Part shown: piece after piece, positions 51,381-63,921 of the stretch
Layout of the letters: every line of letters begins with the position of its first letter
How positions within the stretch are numbered: position 1 is the stretch's first letter
Assembly (NCBI RefSeq): GCF_018350175.1
Contig: NC_058373.1
Location: 117,492,001 to 117,556,000 of the forward strand
Origin: Felis catus
Lineage: Eukaryota
Direction: 5' to 3'
Length of the DNA stretch: 64,000 bases
The notes under the pieces: generated by a model
Told to the model about the DNA's origin: nothing
What the model saw: only the letters and a program-made list of their open reading frames with translations
Databases searched by the model: none
Made by a program: the position numbers and the translations under genes

Positions 51381-53454
51381 ATAAATGTGAATCCCAAGAT
51401 GTGGAGTCACTCTATTTGCAAATGAAATTATTTTCTCAACTGAATACCTATCTTTATAGAGCCAGCTCTTAAAATCAGATTGCCTGATCCACAATTAAGA
51501 TGTTTAATTATTTGCTAAGACTCCTTCTGTTTCCTCCTTCTGCAAGAAGTGAAAGAATGATTTTTTTTTTCCCGAGCCTTAATTGTGCATTTCAATTAGG
51601 AAAACCTCACCAGAAAGACAACAACAGAATTCTGGCCAATAAAACAGTTTCCAAATCTGTCCTCCCACCAGAAAATCAGTAGTAAACTTTATTTTCCCAG
51701 CCTAATTAGAGAATGAGGGGTTTCAGAAAAGTGAAAATTCCAGATAAGCCAACCTTAGCATCTGTGTGTTTTTGTTAATGCGTTTTGGAGTTTATAGTAC
51801 ACTTCCTGTTTTAACTGAGTATCCTTGATGCCTGAAGGTCATATTTATCAATATCCAATATCCATTCATGTATTCTTATGTTCTCGGGGAGTAGACCTAT
51901 CTGCCCTTAATTAAATGGCTTCCAATTGCTATGCGTTCTAAAGATTTTTGGAAGTGCCCTTTCTAGGTGTCCGACTTTCAGCTGTGATTCCTTGCTATGG
52001 TCACGAAGTCAGCTCAGGAATTCCTATATTTTAATCTGATGCTCCTAAGAGGCTATTGACTATGAAACAATACAATTTACACAGAGTTCAATTAAATGTA
52101 GTCGCCAGAAATCCGAGTGCCAGCAAAGAAGTGGGTCATTCGTGGGAGGGACACTAGCCTTTTTCACCATCGTGATTAATGGCAACTTCCGTGACAAGTG
52201 AAAATTCGTAATTCTGCTCAAGCTCTTAATCCACAGGAGGGAACCTGTGAATTCAAATCCTTTTAAGGCTAGAACCCAGATTAACTACCCCATGCATTTC
52301 CCTCATGCAGCCTGGACTTCTGATTGTCCGCTTGTAAAAACTGGGCTGAATGCATTTCTACCAGTTCAGTGGCACGTACTTAAAGTCAATGCTTCTTTTG
52401 TTATAATGCTTAACCGAAGGAGTACCATTCTTCAGGGTAGTCTTCTCCACCAGTTATTTCCAAAAGAGAGGTGTTCTACATAAGTAAAACACTTGGATTA
52501 GATACAACCTCTTGAGAAGTTTGCAAGACAAAACAAGTTGCTTTAAAAAAAAAATCAGAGCTTATGAAATTAATAATTCCTGGAGACTCCTTCAGCATAT
52601 CAATCACTTTCACATCCAAAAATTTGTTTTTAGCAGTAAGAGCACTTTTATATTGGTGAAGGATTATCACGCATGGTGGAACCATTTGGATTTGTTATTT
52701 TTCGTTCTCAGCTCTGCTCCGAATAGACACAAATTCTTACCTACGAGAATCTATTTATGGCTGGTGCTAAGTAACGAAACAATGGGCTGATTGTGGCAAA
52801 AACATAAATACTTCTGTCAGGTTGGCCTCCTTCTGCTGCTGCCCACTGCATTACGTACCCTTCCTCCAATTTTCTAAGAAAGTGAGGTTTTACTCTCTAT
52901 GCATTAGAGAAGGGTAATGCTGTCCTCCCTCCAGTAGGACTGTCATATCGGGGAATGCTATGGGCAGTGAGACTGCATGCTCATTTTGCTGGGGCTGATA
53001 AACATGATGAAACAGGCACATGAATCAGGGCTGCCGAAACCTACCGAGCACCAGGCACTGCTAAGCCCTTTACATGAAGCATGTGTCTATACCAAAGCCC
53101 ATGCTCTTGACCATGAAGCTACTTTCTTCTGCAAGTCTTGGGGAAAGTCAAGCGATGTCAGACTCTCAGAGCTGGGATCCAAACGTTGGTCCAAATGGTC
53201 CAAATGTCTGGGCCAACCCAGACACATGTTGGCCCTTCCTAGCCGCTGATGCCCCAACCCCCACCTCCGGCCCAGTGCATTTATTTATATCAAAGGCTAT
53301 CCGTCAATCAGCCGATCAATCATGCAGCTATCTGGGGGTGTTGGCAGTTGGCTTCCGGTTGCCTTTCTGCCCTCCTGACTGGCATTCCAGCTAAGGAGCC
53401 CTGCGTTCTGACAGCTTACTAAACACTCCTCTCTCTCATGCCCTGTCCATGCAG

Positions 53455-53561
53455 TTGAAGCAATACACGTGGGAAGCCTTATAGCTGCCCAGGGCTACAT
53501 CTTTCCAATCTCGGACCACGTTCTCACCATGAAGGATGACGGCACCTTCTACCGTTTCCAG
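53455..53561 (+). CDS. RGS6: RGS6 coding exon (107 nt, phase 1-0; exon 5): (V)[35 protein letters not shown]
   Basis: ccatgcag acceptor, gtaggc donor; IAAQGYIF and LTMKDD distinguish it from the recalled RGS7 sequence (MAAHGYFF, LTLKDD). Confidence 0.98.
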
Positions 53562-54060
53562 GTAGGCCTGCCAGCTCCTCCTCCTGAAGAATGTTCTCTT
53601 ATTATCTGATCTCAGATTAAAACTACCTACAAAACTGAGGGTATTTAAGGGAGCAACCCTTACCTCCCCCCAACACTGGGAAGGCCAAACAAGCTTTTAT
53701 CTGGGCCGTTTGTTGTTGTTGGCGGGGGGGCACCTTTTATACATATTTCCTCATTCAATCTGAACAACAAACTTTTAGGGTTATATATATCATCCATTTG
53801 ACAGATGAGAACACTGAGGTGCTCCGAGGTTTAATAAATCTAGGAGGTGGCCTTGATTTGAGTGTCGGTCAGCCTGATGGCAAAGTCCTTGATCTTTCTA
53901 CTCTGTCATGCTGCCTTCCTGGTCTGAAGTTTCTGTCCATTACCTAACCCCTCCCACTCCTTTTCTCAGGTCCTGTTCTAGAGGGAAATGGGGCAGAGGA
54001 TAAGAGGCTGTGTCAAGGTCAACACCAATGGAGTGGAGTTTTTAGACAGGGTCAAAGGGC

Positions 54061-54402
54061 ATTTTAGTCTGCTCTAGCTACTATAGCAAAATACCAAAGA
54101 CTGGGTGGCTTACACCACCAGTGTAGAAATTTCTCACAGTGCTACAGGCAGGAAGTCCAGGGTCCAGGTTGCAACAGGTTAGGTCAGTGGTGAGAGGGCT
54201 CACCCAGGCTTTCAGACAGGAACTTCTCACGTGGTGGAGAGAGAAAGCAAGCTCTCTGGTGTTTCCTCTGATAAGGACACCAATCCTATGGGATCAGGGC
54301 CCCACCCTGTGACCTCACGGAACCCTAATTACTTCCTTACTCCAAGTGCAGCCACCCTGTGGGTTAGAGTTTCCACATGTCGGTGTTAGGGATACATACT
54401 TC
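54061..54402 (-). mobile_element. MaLR solo LTR (MLT1A-like)
   Basis: ttagtctgctc..gct.ctata.caaaatacca.agactgggtggctta..tctcacagt..ggaagtcca..taaggacaccaatcc..cagggccccaccct.tgacctca. Confidence 0.8.
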
Positions 54403-54768
54403 AAAGGGAGAAAAGGAACTTGGAGCTTGTGTTCCCCGGGAAACTGTGCCGGCCTGACTTTGGCATTAGACGTGTATTGTCTTGGGATAAGACATACTTG
54501 CCCTGTTAACGAAGTTTCTCATTTTCGCATTTCTTTTGCTTACCTTAGATGTCATTTCTCAATACCCAGATTGAAATGCTGACGGCCTCTGCTGTATTAA
54601 GACCAGGAGAGAGTTGCGGGGTTGGCATCAGCACAAAAGAGCCGGGGCAGAGCCTGTCATGGGGAGGGGTCCTCCCTGGACGCAGGAGAGGGTGGACCCA
54701 GGCCCCAGGCAGAGAAAAGCAAGTACCGGTGTGCCTCTGAGTCCTGACATCTGTGCTCTTTTGCGCAG

Positions 54769-54820
54769 GCCCCGTACTTTTGGCCTTCAAACTGCTGGGA
54801 GCCTGAAAACACCGACTACG
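54769..54820 (+). CDS. RGS6: RGS6 coding exon (52 nt, phase 0-1; exon 6): APYFWPSNCWEPENTDY(A)
   Basis: ctcttttgcgcag acceptor, gtgagc donor; R7-family motif; frame continuity. Confidence 0.98.
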
Positions 54821-56624
54821 GTGAGCAGTGAAGAGGCATCACTCCTGGGAGCGTGGACGACAAACGCTTGGTGTCTGGGTGACTGCCGCACAGAGAGGAG
54901 GGGTCGTTATCCTGCTCAGTCCCTTTCCAAGCGTTGACATGTAATAAGCTCCCTGTTCCACATAATGAAGAAAGGCAGAGCACACTGATTGATGCAGCCT
55001 TTGGAGGGGAACAGGGGAAGGGAAGGAACGTTCCATCAAGCTGGCCAGTATGCTCATTTTGTGGAGCCAGGGAGAACCAAGATAGTGACCGCTGACCACT
55101 CCCTTCGGGGGCAAGGTTTCAGGGAGGGCTGGATCAAGGGTCCACCCCCACCCCCACCCCAGCTCTTTCTATTCTCACAGACTTGTTAAGAGTTATGAAT
55201 AATTCATTGGTGTTTTTGGTAGCTAGAGAAGTTAGGCGGAAAAGAAGCTAGACCAGGGAGGAGTGTGCAGAAGTTATCCTGGACTAGGAAATTAAGAGTG
55301 GGTGAGGTTGGGAGTTTGGCAGGCAGGGAGTTACCTCTGTCCAGGCAGGACAGAAGTTATCTTGTCTACAGAAGTTACCTTGTCCCCATACTCCAGATGA
55401 AGAACCTGAGGCTCAGAGAGGCCACAACGTCACACGTATCGTGTCATATTCTACTTCTCTGGATGCCCAGTCAGTCGTCAGCTCCATGAAGCCAGGGACT
55501 GGTCCTGCTTGCTCATTCTCATATTCCCCAGTGCATAGCACAGTTTTGCTGCCACTCAGCAAATAGTTGCTGACAGTTCTGGTTCTTTATTAAAGGCGAT
55601 TGACAGGTAGTAGAAGCATCAGCATTGGAACTCAGACCCGAGTGGCTTCAAGGCCCATGCTGACTGACGGAGCTGCTGAGGCAGTCCACAGTGGCTCTCC
55701 TTGGGCCTGGGGCACTTGGTGAGATCCCAGCTTCTCCCCAAGCTCTTTGCAGAGTTGCTTGCACGGGGAGACAGAGGCAGCTGCACAGAAGGGAGGGGCA
55801 TGGGCAGCTGGGCAGTGATCAGGGAAGCCTGTCCGGGAGACCTTGTGATAAGCTACCCTGTCTGGATCACTCCCAACGCCAGCAGGTGGGGAGCAATGCC
55901 GAGGACGGGGTGCAGACAAGGCATTGCCCAAGGAGGCTACAGTCGTTGTGTTTCCAGGTCCGGAGGACGGCCCTTATGCAGGGGACAAGGCCCTCTCATG
56001 GTCTCTGCAGCTGTCTGCAGGGCACCACTGCGGGGTCCCTCTGGAACTGGGCTGTGCTCTAAACCACGTGATAAGTGGATAAGCAAGGCTTCCAACTCAG
56101 AATCAGAGCTACATTTGGCTATTCACAAAATTGGTCCTTCTGGGGCTGAAACGCCGCTCACAAAAGCCCAACTCGGAACTTGAGTAACCGTGGCTCAGTT
56201 CCATGCAGCAGCCGGGTGCCCTTGTGAATGTAAAAAACGATATTTTTACAGGCTGCAGAGAGGGGAGGAGGATGGCAAGACCAGATAACTAGACTCCAGT
56301 AAGATGAAAATATTTACTTGAACATGAGCCCATAAAGGTTAGGCCATCTCACACCATACACCCCAGGGCACTGGTTCCCTTTCTCTAGAGGGATTCTCCA
56401 CATGATAATTTGAGTTGAGTGGCACGAACAAGGGTAGGAATAACAATTTTATATCAGGCTTTCATTAAGGCAAAATTATTTTGAATTCCTGTGCCTCGAC
56501 TTTGGCAAATCGGATGGAGAAGTCAAGGTGCGGGCTCCAAAAGTACTCACCAGCATTTACAAAGCAGTTCAGTCAGAAAAATCAAAGTTTTTACCAAGAG
56601 AGATCTCAGCACAGCAGCTCCAAG

Positions 56625-56830
56625 ATCAACTGGCTCCACTAGCTGTGTGATCTTGGCAAGTTATTTAACCTCTCTGTGCCTCAGAAAATTCCTGTGAAAA
56701 TTAGAAGAATAAGAGTACTCCTTTCCTAGTGTTGTTTTATTAAGATGAAATGAAATGCCTGTAAGGTTTGGTGTGTGGCCCCACAGAAAGGAACCAATAA
56801 AAAAAACCATGGTGGTGGTTAGTGTTATTA
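56625..56830. mobile_element. MIR
   Basis: ggctccactagctgtgtgatcttggcaagttatttaacctctctgtgcctcag core. Confidence 0.8.
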
Positions 56831-57186
56831 TCACTAAGGTAATGTTTCACAATATCAGTTCTGCGGGGGCCATCTTGCCAGAGAGGATTAAAACCAAAGC
56901 TAAGAACTCAGGATAGATATAATTTGGACTGATGAAGAACTAGACACTTTCATTCATTCCACATACCTTTACTGACCACCCACTCTGTGTCCGTTGCTTT
57001 GACACAGATTTGGTTAAGTCACAGTCCTACCATCCAAGCATTCCAGGCTGGGGGAGGCAGCGTGATGGGGAGGAAGAGGGTGGTGAGGAGTCTGATCTGA
57101 GTATTCACAGGTTTCCTGTTGGTGACGAATGACTGAGAAGGCTGAATAGTTTGGGGAGGGACAGGTTTATAAAAAAAAAGCTGTCA

Positions 57187-57395
57187 GGGGCGCCTGGGTG
57201 GCTCAGTCGGTTGAGCGTCCGACTTCGGCTCAGGTCATGATCTCACGGTCCGTGAGTTCGAGCCCCGCGTCAGGCTCTGTGCTGACAGCTCAGAGGAGCC
57301 TGGAGCCTGCCTCAGACTCTATGTCTCCCCCTCTCTCTGACCCTGCCCCGTTCATGCTCTCTCTCTGTCTCAAAAAATAAATAAACATTAAAAAA
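57187..57395 (+). mobile_element. Can-SINE
   Basis: Full length, TSD aaaaaaaaagctgtcag. Confidence 0.95.
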
Positions 57396-58789
57396 AAAAA
57401 AAGCTGTCAGAGTCAAGGAGAGACATTGAGAATGGACGCAGCAGCTTCAGGGAGTCCCAACGATGGGGAATGACCTGGAAATGCTTCCGTCGTCCGTAAA
57501 CTGAGGATAATCACAGGACATACCCGGATGAATGAATGAATGAATGAATGAGTAGATGACGTAGCAAATGTCATAATGGAAACAGCTCTGAACTAGGCCT
57601 CGGTTCTCATTCCACCTCCACCACTAACTGGCCGATGGGTCACTCACTTCACCTCTCTGGGCCTTTAGTTTTCCCAGCTGGCAACGAGGGGCCTGTACTG
57701 AATGGCCACCCGGGTGACTTACAGTGCTAAAATCCCAGTGTACTAAAAAGCAGGTCAAGGGTATGAGGAAAACAGAGAAATATGGTTCCCTGGTTTAAGA
57801 GGTTGAGGTAAACAACATCACTCGTAAAGACAAAGTTTGAAGAGGGAGTCAGTTCTTTTAATACATTGAAATAGGATGAGGTCATTATTATTTTTTTTTT
57901 TTTTTTACTGCTTAGTTGCACATAGAGTATAGGAATCCATTCACTTCATAACATTTTTTGTGTTTTCTATTTATATCGCGGTGAGATGCGGTGAGCTTGA
58001 GATGGCAGCGGGTCATCCGAGTGATGTGCCAGGCGGTGGGGTTGCCAGGTGTGAGGGCAAGGAGACAACGATTTCTCAATGAGGAATTAAATACCCAGAT
58101 AAAACCAACATGTGAGCTTAAAGCAAGTCCCCCAGATGCCCAGTAGTAGGACTGGCTGTCATTGTCTGTGGTCATTTGATTGGTCAGGCGTCACAGCAAG
58201 CACTGTTGAAGGCACCCTAGTCAGTGCAGACAAGCCCCAGGTTCTATGCCAAGAAAAGGTCCACTCAACAGCTACATTCTACCTCCCTAGGTGGGGTGAA
58301 CAGACCCCCTGCCATGTGGCATTGGCCACAGAGGGAGCAAGGTGAAGTCAGGTGACCGTGTAGCTCGCGGTCATCGGGAATGGTACCAGCTCTGCATTCC
58401 ACGTGTGGTGTTTTACTTCACAACCTAGCTGGCCCATTTTGACCCGGATGTGCTAGAAATGTCTCAGGATGCTTCTGCTTAAATAAAGCCCGTAGCCCAA
58501 CTTGGGTTGCACTTTCCCCGGGTTTTACATTTAGCAGTACAACATACCGTCTGCGACAGCAGTGTTCAAAACAGCTTTCACCTCCACTGAGCTGTGCTGC
58601 TCCTGAGTCAGGAGACCAGCGTGGTGGGGCTGGTGATATGTCAGGCTTCCTCTTTAGGTGGCTCCCAATTGCATTGGCTGCCTAAATGGTGGTCCAGGAG
58701 ACCGAAGGAGGTATCTTATAATAGAGCAGACGCCCCTTCATCAGACATGATGGAGAGCTGTACCTGCCTGGCTCTTTGCAAAAGATAGT

Positions 58790-59480
58790 CAACAGAGAAT
58801 TATGAGAAAGAGATATATCCTTACCTGATCACTTCCTGTCAACATAAGCTATACAAAAGAACAATCATTCGATGGCTTTTTGAGATCGGACCAAAGACTC
58901 TCTTTGATTATGGGCCCTAATAATTTGAGTTTCTTTCTTAATTCAACCACACTCAAAACAAACCATCCAGTTTGGGCACCTTTGAAATGCATCAAGAATT
59001 TGAGAACACTTTGGAAGTAACCTGTATGTTGACCCCTTTCATATTCGTATTATTTTCCCCCTTTTTTTTTTCAGTTATTTCACCTCTACCAAACTCATTA
59101 GCAATTGTCTTAGCCCACTCTTTGTTATCAAGTTGTTCCAAACCATTCAACTGGGTCCTCATAGAAACAACTCTCTCTTTTCACACTAATTTCATCAGTG
59201 AAATGTAATATTTGGTGAAATTACATTATTAGAATAACAAGTGTGCCTGACATAAACAGACTTGTGAACAAGCACAACTGACTCTCATCCACATACAGCT
59301 CAACTGATGTGAGCAGAAATGTGAGCATACCAGAGCAGGCTGCCAGCCACGAGTTTCCAGCATCTTGTAAGCTGCCATCGGCAAATTTTTCAGACCACAT
59401 GGAGGAGGTTTGTTGATCTAGCAAGCAGTTAACTAGCTCTCCTACTACAACTAAGTTGTCAAACCACAGGTCAGCCACAG
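58790..59480 (-). mobile_element. ancient Tigger (TcMar) element with a decayed transposase N-terminus
   Basis: Minus strand at about 59068-59175 translates RVVSMRTQLNGLEQLDNKEWAKTIANEFGRGEITEK, resembling a psq-type HTH of pogo/Tigger transposases. Confidence 0.6.
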
Positions 59481-59704
59481 GTCCTCTCTGACCCTGTCTC
59501 CTGGCCATCCTATTGGTCACTCATACCATTCATCTATTGTCTTCCCTGGATCATTCTACTTGGCACTGGAGAAGGAGAGAGATATTGAAGAAGCAGAGCT
59601 ATGGGGAGGAAGTGATGAAGGCATGTGTGAGAAGGAATCCTCTGGCAACTGAGGGCCAAGAACCCTTCCTTAGCTTGGGAAGAGAGACCCAAGATGTCCA
59701 CCAT

Positions 59705-60220
59705 TTCCACTGTTTATTCATTCCACCTGGTAGGCCGGCCCTGGTGCTAGGTGCAGGGATTCAAGCTGAGTAGGACACAGCCTCTGCCCTTGAGGAGCCT
59801 TCCGCCTAGAGCTGGGGACAGTCTGGTAAATCCATGATTACAGTGCACTGGAATTAAGTTCCATGGGTGAGGATGAGTAGACGCTATTGGGAACACTGAG
59901 CTGGGTCTTCCAAGATTAGTAGAAGGTTGCCAGATCTTCCATGTGGAGAACACATGGGCAGAGGAGTAGAACTGAAGGGTTTGGTAGCCTCACATGCCCA
60001 AGGGAGGCAGGGAGGGAAGAGGTTGGCAAGGTAAGGAGACTGGAGCTTAAAGAACCAAGCACGCCACCCTAAGGAGCCTGACTACTCTTTGAGGTCACTG
60101 AGGAGGCAATGCAGGGAGTATAGGCAGGAAGGTAACATGATCTTATTTGTGAAAGATGACCCTGGTGGAGGATGCTTGGGTGAACAGAATGAGGAGGGTG
60201 AAAGGGAGCAGTCAGGACTA
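59705..60220. mobile_element. L2 LINE relic
   Basis: ttattcattc..gccctggtgctaggtgcaggga..ctctgcccttgaggagc..gattacagtgca..gcaggaaggtaacatgatc..gaaagatgaccctgg. Confidence 0.6.
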
Positions 60221-60444
60221 GAAGATGAAGTCCTCCTCCAATCCTGACCTTTAAGGAAGATTCTTGGAGGGTAGGCATCATGGCTTCCACACGGAAGGAT
60301 GTTCGGCTCAGTGCAGCACCGGACTCACAGGGAGGGCTGGCTGGATGGCTGGGTGGATGAGCGGATGGACAGACAGATGGGTGGATCTGTGACGCCACCA
60401 CACTGCTGGGTCTGCACGTGTTGTAATTTCTCTTCTTCCCTCAG

Positions 60445-60509
60445 CCATCTATCTCTGTAAGAGGACAATGCAGAATAAAGCGAGGCTGGAACTGGCAGAC
60501 TATGAAGCA
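60445..60509 (+). CDS. RGS6: RGS6 coding exon (65 nt, phase 1-0; exon 7): (A)[21 protein letters not shown]
   Basis: tttctcttcttccctcag acceptor, gtaagt donor; DHEX-region motif; frame continuity. Confidence 0.98.
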
Positions 60510-60689
60510 GTAAGTATGGTTGTTTTGTAGCTTAGGTGTGGGAGGAGAGTAAAACCCTATCTGCAGCTCTGTTTCTGCTTCTGTCTCCTTTTTTCTCTCC
60601 CTTGTTCCTTTCAGGCGGTGGAAAGGAAGTGTCTTTTATTTCCCCTCCTTGTTCTCACCTCCTCTACCCATGCAATAAAATTGCACCTT

Positions 60690-61590
60690 TATATAAAGAG
60701 CTCTCAAAACTCAGCCATAAGAAAACAAACAGCTCAAAAATGGGCAAAGGACTTGAACAGACACTTCACCAGAGAGGACGTAGGATGACAAATAAGCACA
60801 TTAAGAGATGTTCAACAGCATCAGCCATTAGGGAAACAAAGATTAACTCCCTGGGGAGACTTCTGGGGGTAGAGTGGCTAAAATGAAAAGTACTGATAAT
60901 GCCAGGTGGGAATGCAAAATGGCACAGCCACCCTGGAAAATGGTCTGGCAGTTTCTTACAAAAGTAAACATATACTTGCCACACAGCCAAGCAGTCCTAC
61001 TCCTAGGTAGGCACCCCAGAGAAATCAGAACTTCCGTTCACACCCTAACCCTGCTGACAGCACCCTTGTTTGTGATGAGCAAAACCTGAAAACAGCCCAA
61101 GTGCACTTTAAGAGGCGAATGGCTAGGGGCGCCTGGGCGGCTCAGTCGGTTAAGCATCTGACTTCAGCTCAGGTCATGATCTCACAGTTCGTGAGTTCGA
61201 GGCCCAAACGGGCTTCCTGCTTTCAGCACACAGCCTGCTTCGGATCCTCTGCCCGCCCCCCTCCCCCCACCTCTCTGCCCCTCACCTATTTGTGCATGAA
61301 GCCAGTCTCAAAGGATTACAAACTGTGCGATTCCATTTATATGACATTCTCATAAATACAAAACTATCATGAAGGAAAACAGATCACTGATTGCTAGAAG
61401 TTACAGAGTGGGGGTAAGATGTGGCTCTAAAGAGATAACACAGAGAGTTTTCTGGGGGTGATGGAACTATTCTGTATCCTGATCGTGGTGGGGGTTCTGA
61501 GAATCTGATCTATACGCGTGTTAAAATGCATAGAACTGTGCACCGAGAGGAAAAAGAGGGGGCGGATTCATAATATGAGAATTTTTTAAA
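60690..61590 (+). mobile_element. old L1M (L1MC/MD-like) 3' end interrupted by a SINE
   Basis: aaaaatgggcaaaggacttgaacagacacttcacca..tgggaatgcaaaatggcacagccac..gattccatttatatgacattct..ggtgatggaactattctgtatcctgat. Confidence 0.85.
61126..61285 (+). mobile_element. Can-SINE (degenerate 3' end)
   Basis: ggggcgcctgggcggctcagtcggttaagcatctgacttcagctcaggtcatgatctc head. Confidence 0.88.
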
Positions 61591-62299
61591 CTTACTATGT
61601 GATAATTTTGTAATGGCATCACCAAACCCACCTCCCTTGTGCTTGGCAGTAGATGTAGAATCTAAGGACCAAATTCAACCCGGAAGATAAGATACGTGTC
61701 AGATGGAAAGGGTATCCTCTCCCAGTTTTCCTTCTGCACCACCTTCCTTCACAAGATGTGACCCCTGCAAAATTCAGAGGCCCTGCCGCATGCGTACCCA
61801 TTCCCATTTAACACAGCCAAGGCACAGAGAACTTGACGACTCAGATACTATTTTAAATATTGCAAATTTATGGTTACAGGATCTCTCCCCCCAAACCAAA
61901 CTTTATTGCGCGTCACAGAGAATCTGGGGAACTGCCCAGATTTTCACGTGCCCTCCAGAAGGCAAGGGAGTTCCTGAGCCATCAAGTGACTGAAGGGCTG
62001 GGGGGGGTGGGGGGTGGGGAGGAGCAGCAGTGGAGCAGTGAGGAGTCCTTCCCCCATAAACCAGCGTTAACAGGACTTCCAGAGTCTTCTTTCCAAATGT
62101 CCCTCTTGCACCGTCTCAGTCTCCCACAAGCGTGAGGCCCTGTGCATCAGACCTTGTCGCTCTTGGGTACCTGTGCACAAGCCAGTGGGGAAACAGTACT
62201 GGAGAACACAGTGCAGGAGTTGACCCAGGGCCTCGGGACTTGGCCAAAGTGTGCTTATCAGTGAGAGCCATTAAACATAAATATGTTGTGGCGAGGGGG

Positions 62300-62420
62300 G
62301 GTGGTGCCTGGGTGGTTCAGTCGGTTAAGCATCCAACTCTTGATTTCAGCTCAGGTCATGATCTCACAGTTTGTGAGGTCGAGCCCCACATTGGGCTCTG
62401 CACTGAATGTGGAGACTGGG

Positions 62421-62462
<42 letters not shown>

Positions 62463-62500
62463 CCCCTCTCTCTCTCTCAAAAATAAACTTAAAAAAAAAA
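62300..62500 (+). mobile_element. Can-SINE
   Basis: Head, (CT)n, A tail, TSD aaacataaata. Confidence 0.92.
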
Positions 62501-62941
62501 ACATAAATAGGTAGGAACATCATGATCTTCCCAAGCAAACCCGACAGTGGCTGTTCTGTGGATCTGAGCATCCTGTTCCTGTCCCCTCACGTGTCAGCTG
62601 TCACCCCTCTCTCAGAAGACCACTGGCCTATTTTGGGGCACCCACTGTGAGGCGCTACATCCCTTCCTTAACACAACCTACCGGAAAGACCCAGCCTGCA
62701 GAAACAGGGGGCCCCTCCACCCTCTGTCTCTCTTCCCTGTACTTTCCATGTTTTAGAAAAAAAAGAAAATTGTCCATGTTTTCCACGTTTAGAAAAACAG
62801 AAACGAGACAGCATCAACTCCTGATATATTTTATCCAATTGTCTCGTCTCCTGCCATAGAATGTTCTACTTTGATATTTGTAAAGAATATGGCATTAAGA
62901 TGTTCTTTCGGGTTGAATTTCTGCCTAAAAGTGGTTAGATA

Positions 62942-63166
62942 TTTTTTTTTTTAATTTTCTTTTCAACGTTTATTTATTTTGGGGACAGAGAGAGACAGAG
63001 CATGAACGGGCGAGGGGCAGAGAGAGAGGGAGACACAGAATCGGAAACAGGCTCCAGGCTCTGAGCCATCAGCCCAGAGCCCGACGCGGGGCTCGAACTC
63101 ACGGACCGTGAGATCGTGACCTGGCTGAAGTCGGACGCTTAACCGACTGCGCCACCCAGGCGCCCC
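62942..63166 (-). mobile_element. Can-SINE (SINEC_Fc), young full-length copy
   Basis: TSD aaaagtggttagatattttttt. Confidence 0.97.
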
Positions 63167-63462
63167 AAAAAGTGGTTAGATATTTTTTTAAAAGAATTTC
63201 TTTTCAAAATTCAGTAATTGTATTCATTTTTTTTTCTGATGACATATTCTCTGTAAAACCCAAATTCAAACAGCAAAGAAAGGAGAGGAAAGAACCTGCA
63301 ATCCTTCTCCCCTATCCTTTTTTTCTGCACACGCATTTTTTCTTTAAAAAAAAAAATCTGAATCATACCCTGAACATTGTTCGGTAAGATGCTTCTTTCC
63401 CCGACCATATACTGTAGTATGTTGAGAGTCTTTCTATATCAGTAATAATATCCACGTTATTG

Positions 63463-63677
63463 TTTTTATTTTTATTTATTTGTTTTTGAAAGAGAGAGAG
63501 AGAGAGAGAGAGTGAGCAGTGGATGGGGTGAAGAGAGAGGGAGACACAGACGCTGAAGCAGGCTCCAGGCTCCAAGATGTCAGCACAGAGCCCGACGCAG
63601 GGTTTGAACTCTTGAACCATGAGATCATGACCTGAGCCAAAGTCGGACACTTCACCCACTGAGCCACCCAGGCGCCC
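63463..63677 (-). mobile_element. Can-SINE (tandem pair)
   Basis: TSD cacgttattgtttttattttt. Confidence 0.93.
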
Positions 63678-63686
63678 ACGTTATTG

Positions 63687-63921
63687 TTTTTATTTTTTAT
63701 TTATTTTTTAATTTTGTTAAGGTTTATTCATTCTTCAGAGACAGAAAGACAGAGCGTGAGCGGGGGAGGGGCAGAGAGAGAGGGGGACACAGAATCCGAA
63801 GCAGGCTCCAGGCTCGGAGCTGTCAGCACAGAGGCCGACACGGGGCCCGAACTCACAGACGGTGAGATCATGATCTGAGCTGAAGTCGGACGCTCAACCA
63901 ACTGAGCCGCCCAGGTGCCCC
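63687..63921 (-). mobile_element. Can-SINE (tandem pair)
   Basis: Reverse-complement SINE directly adjoining the previous one. Confidence 0.93.
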
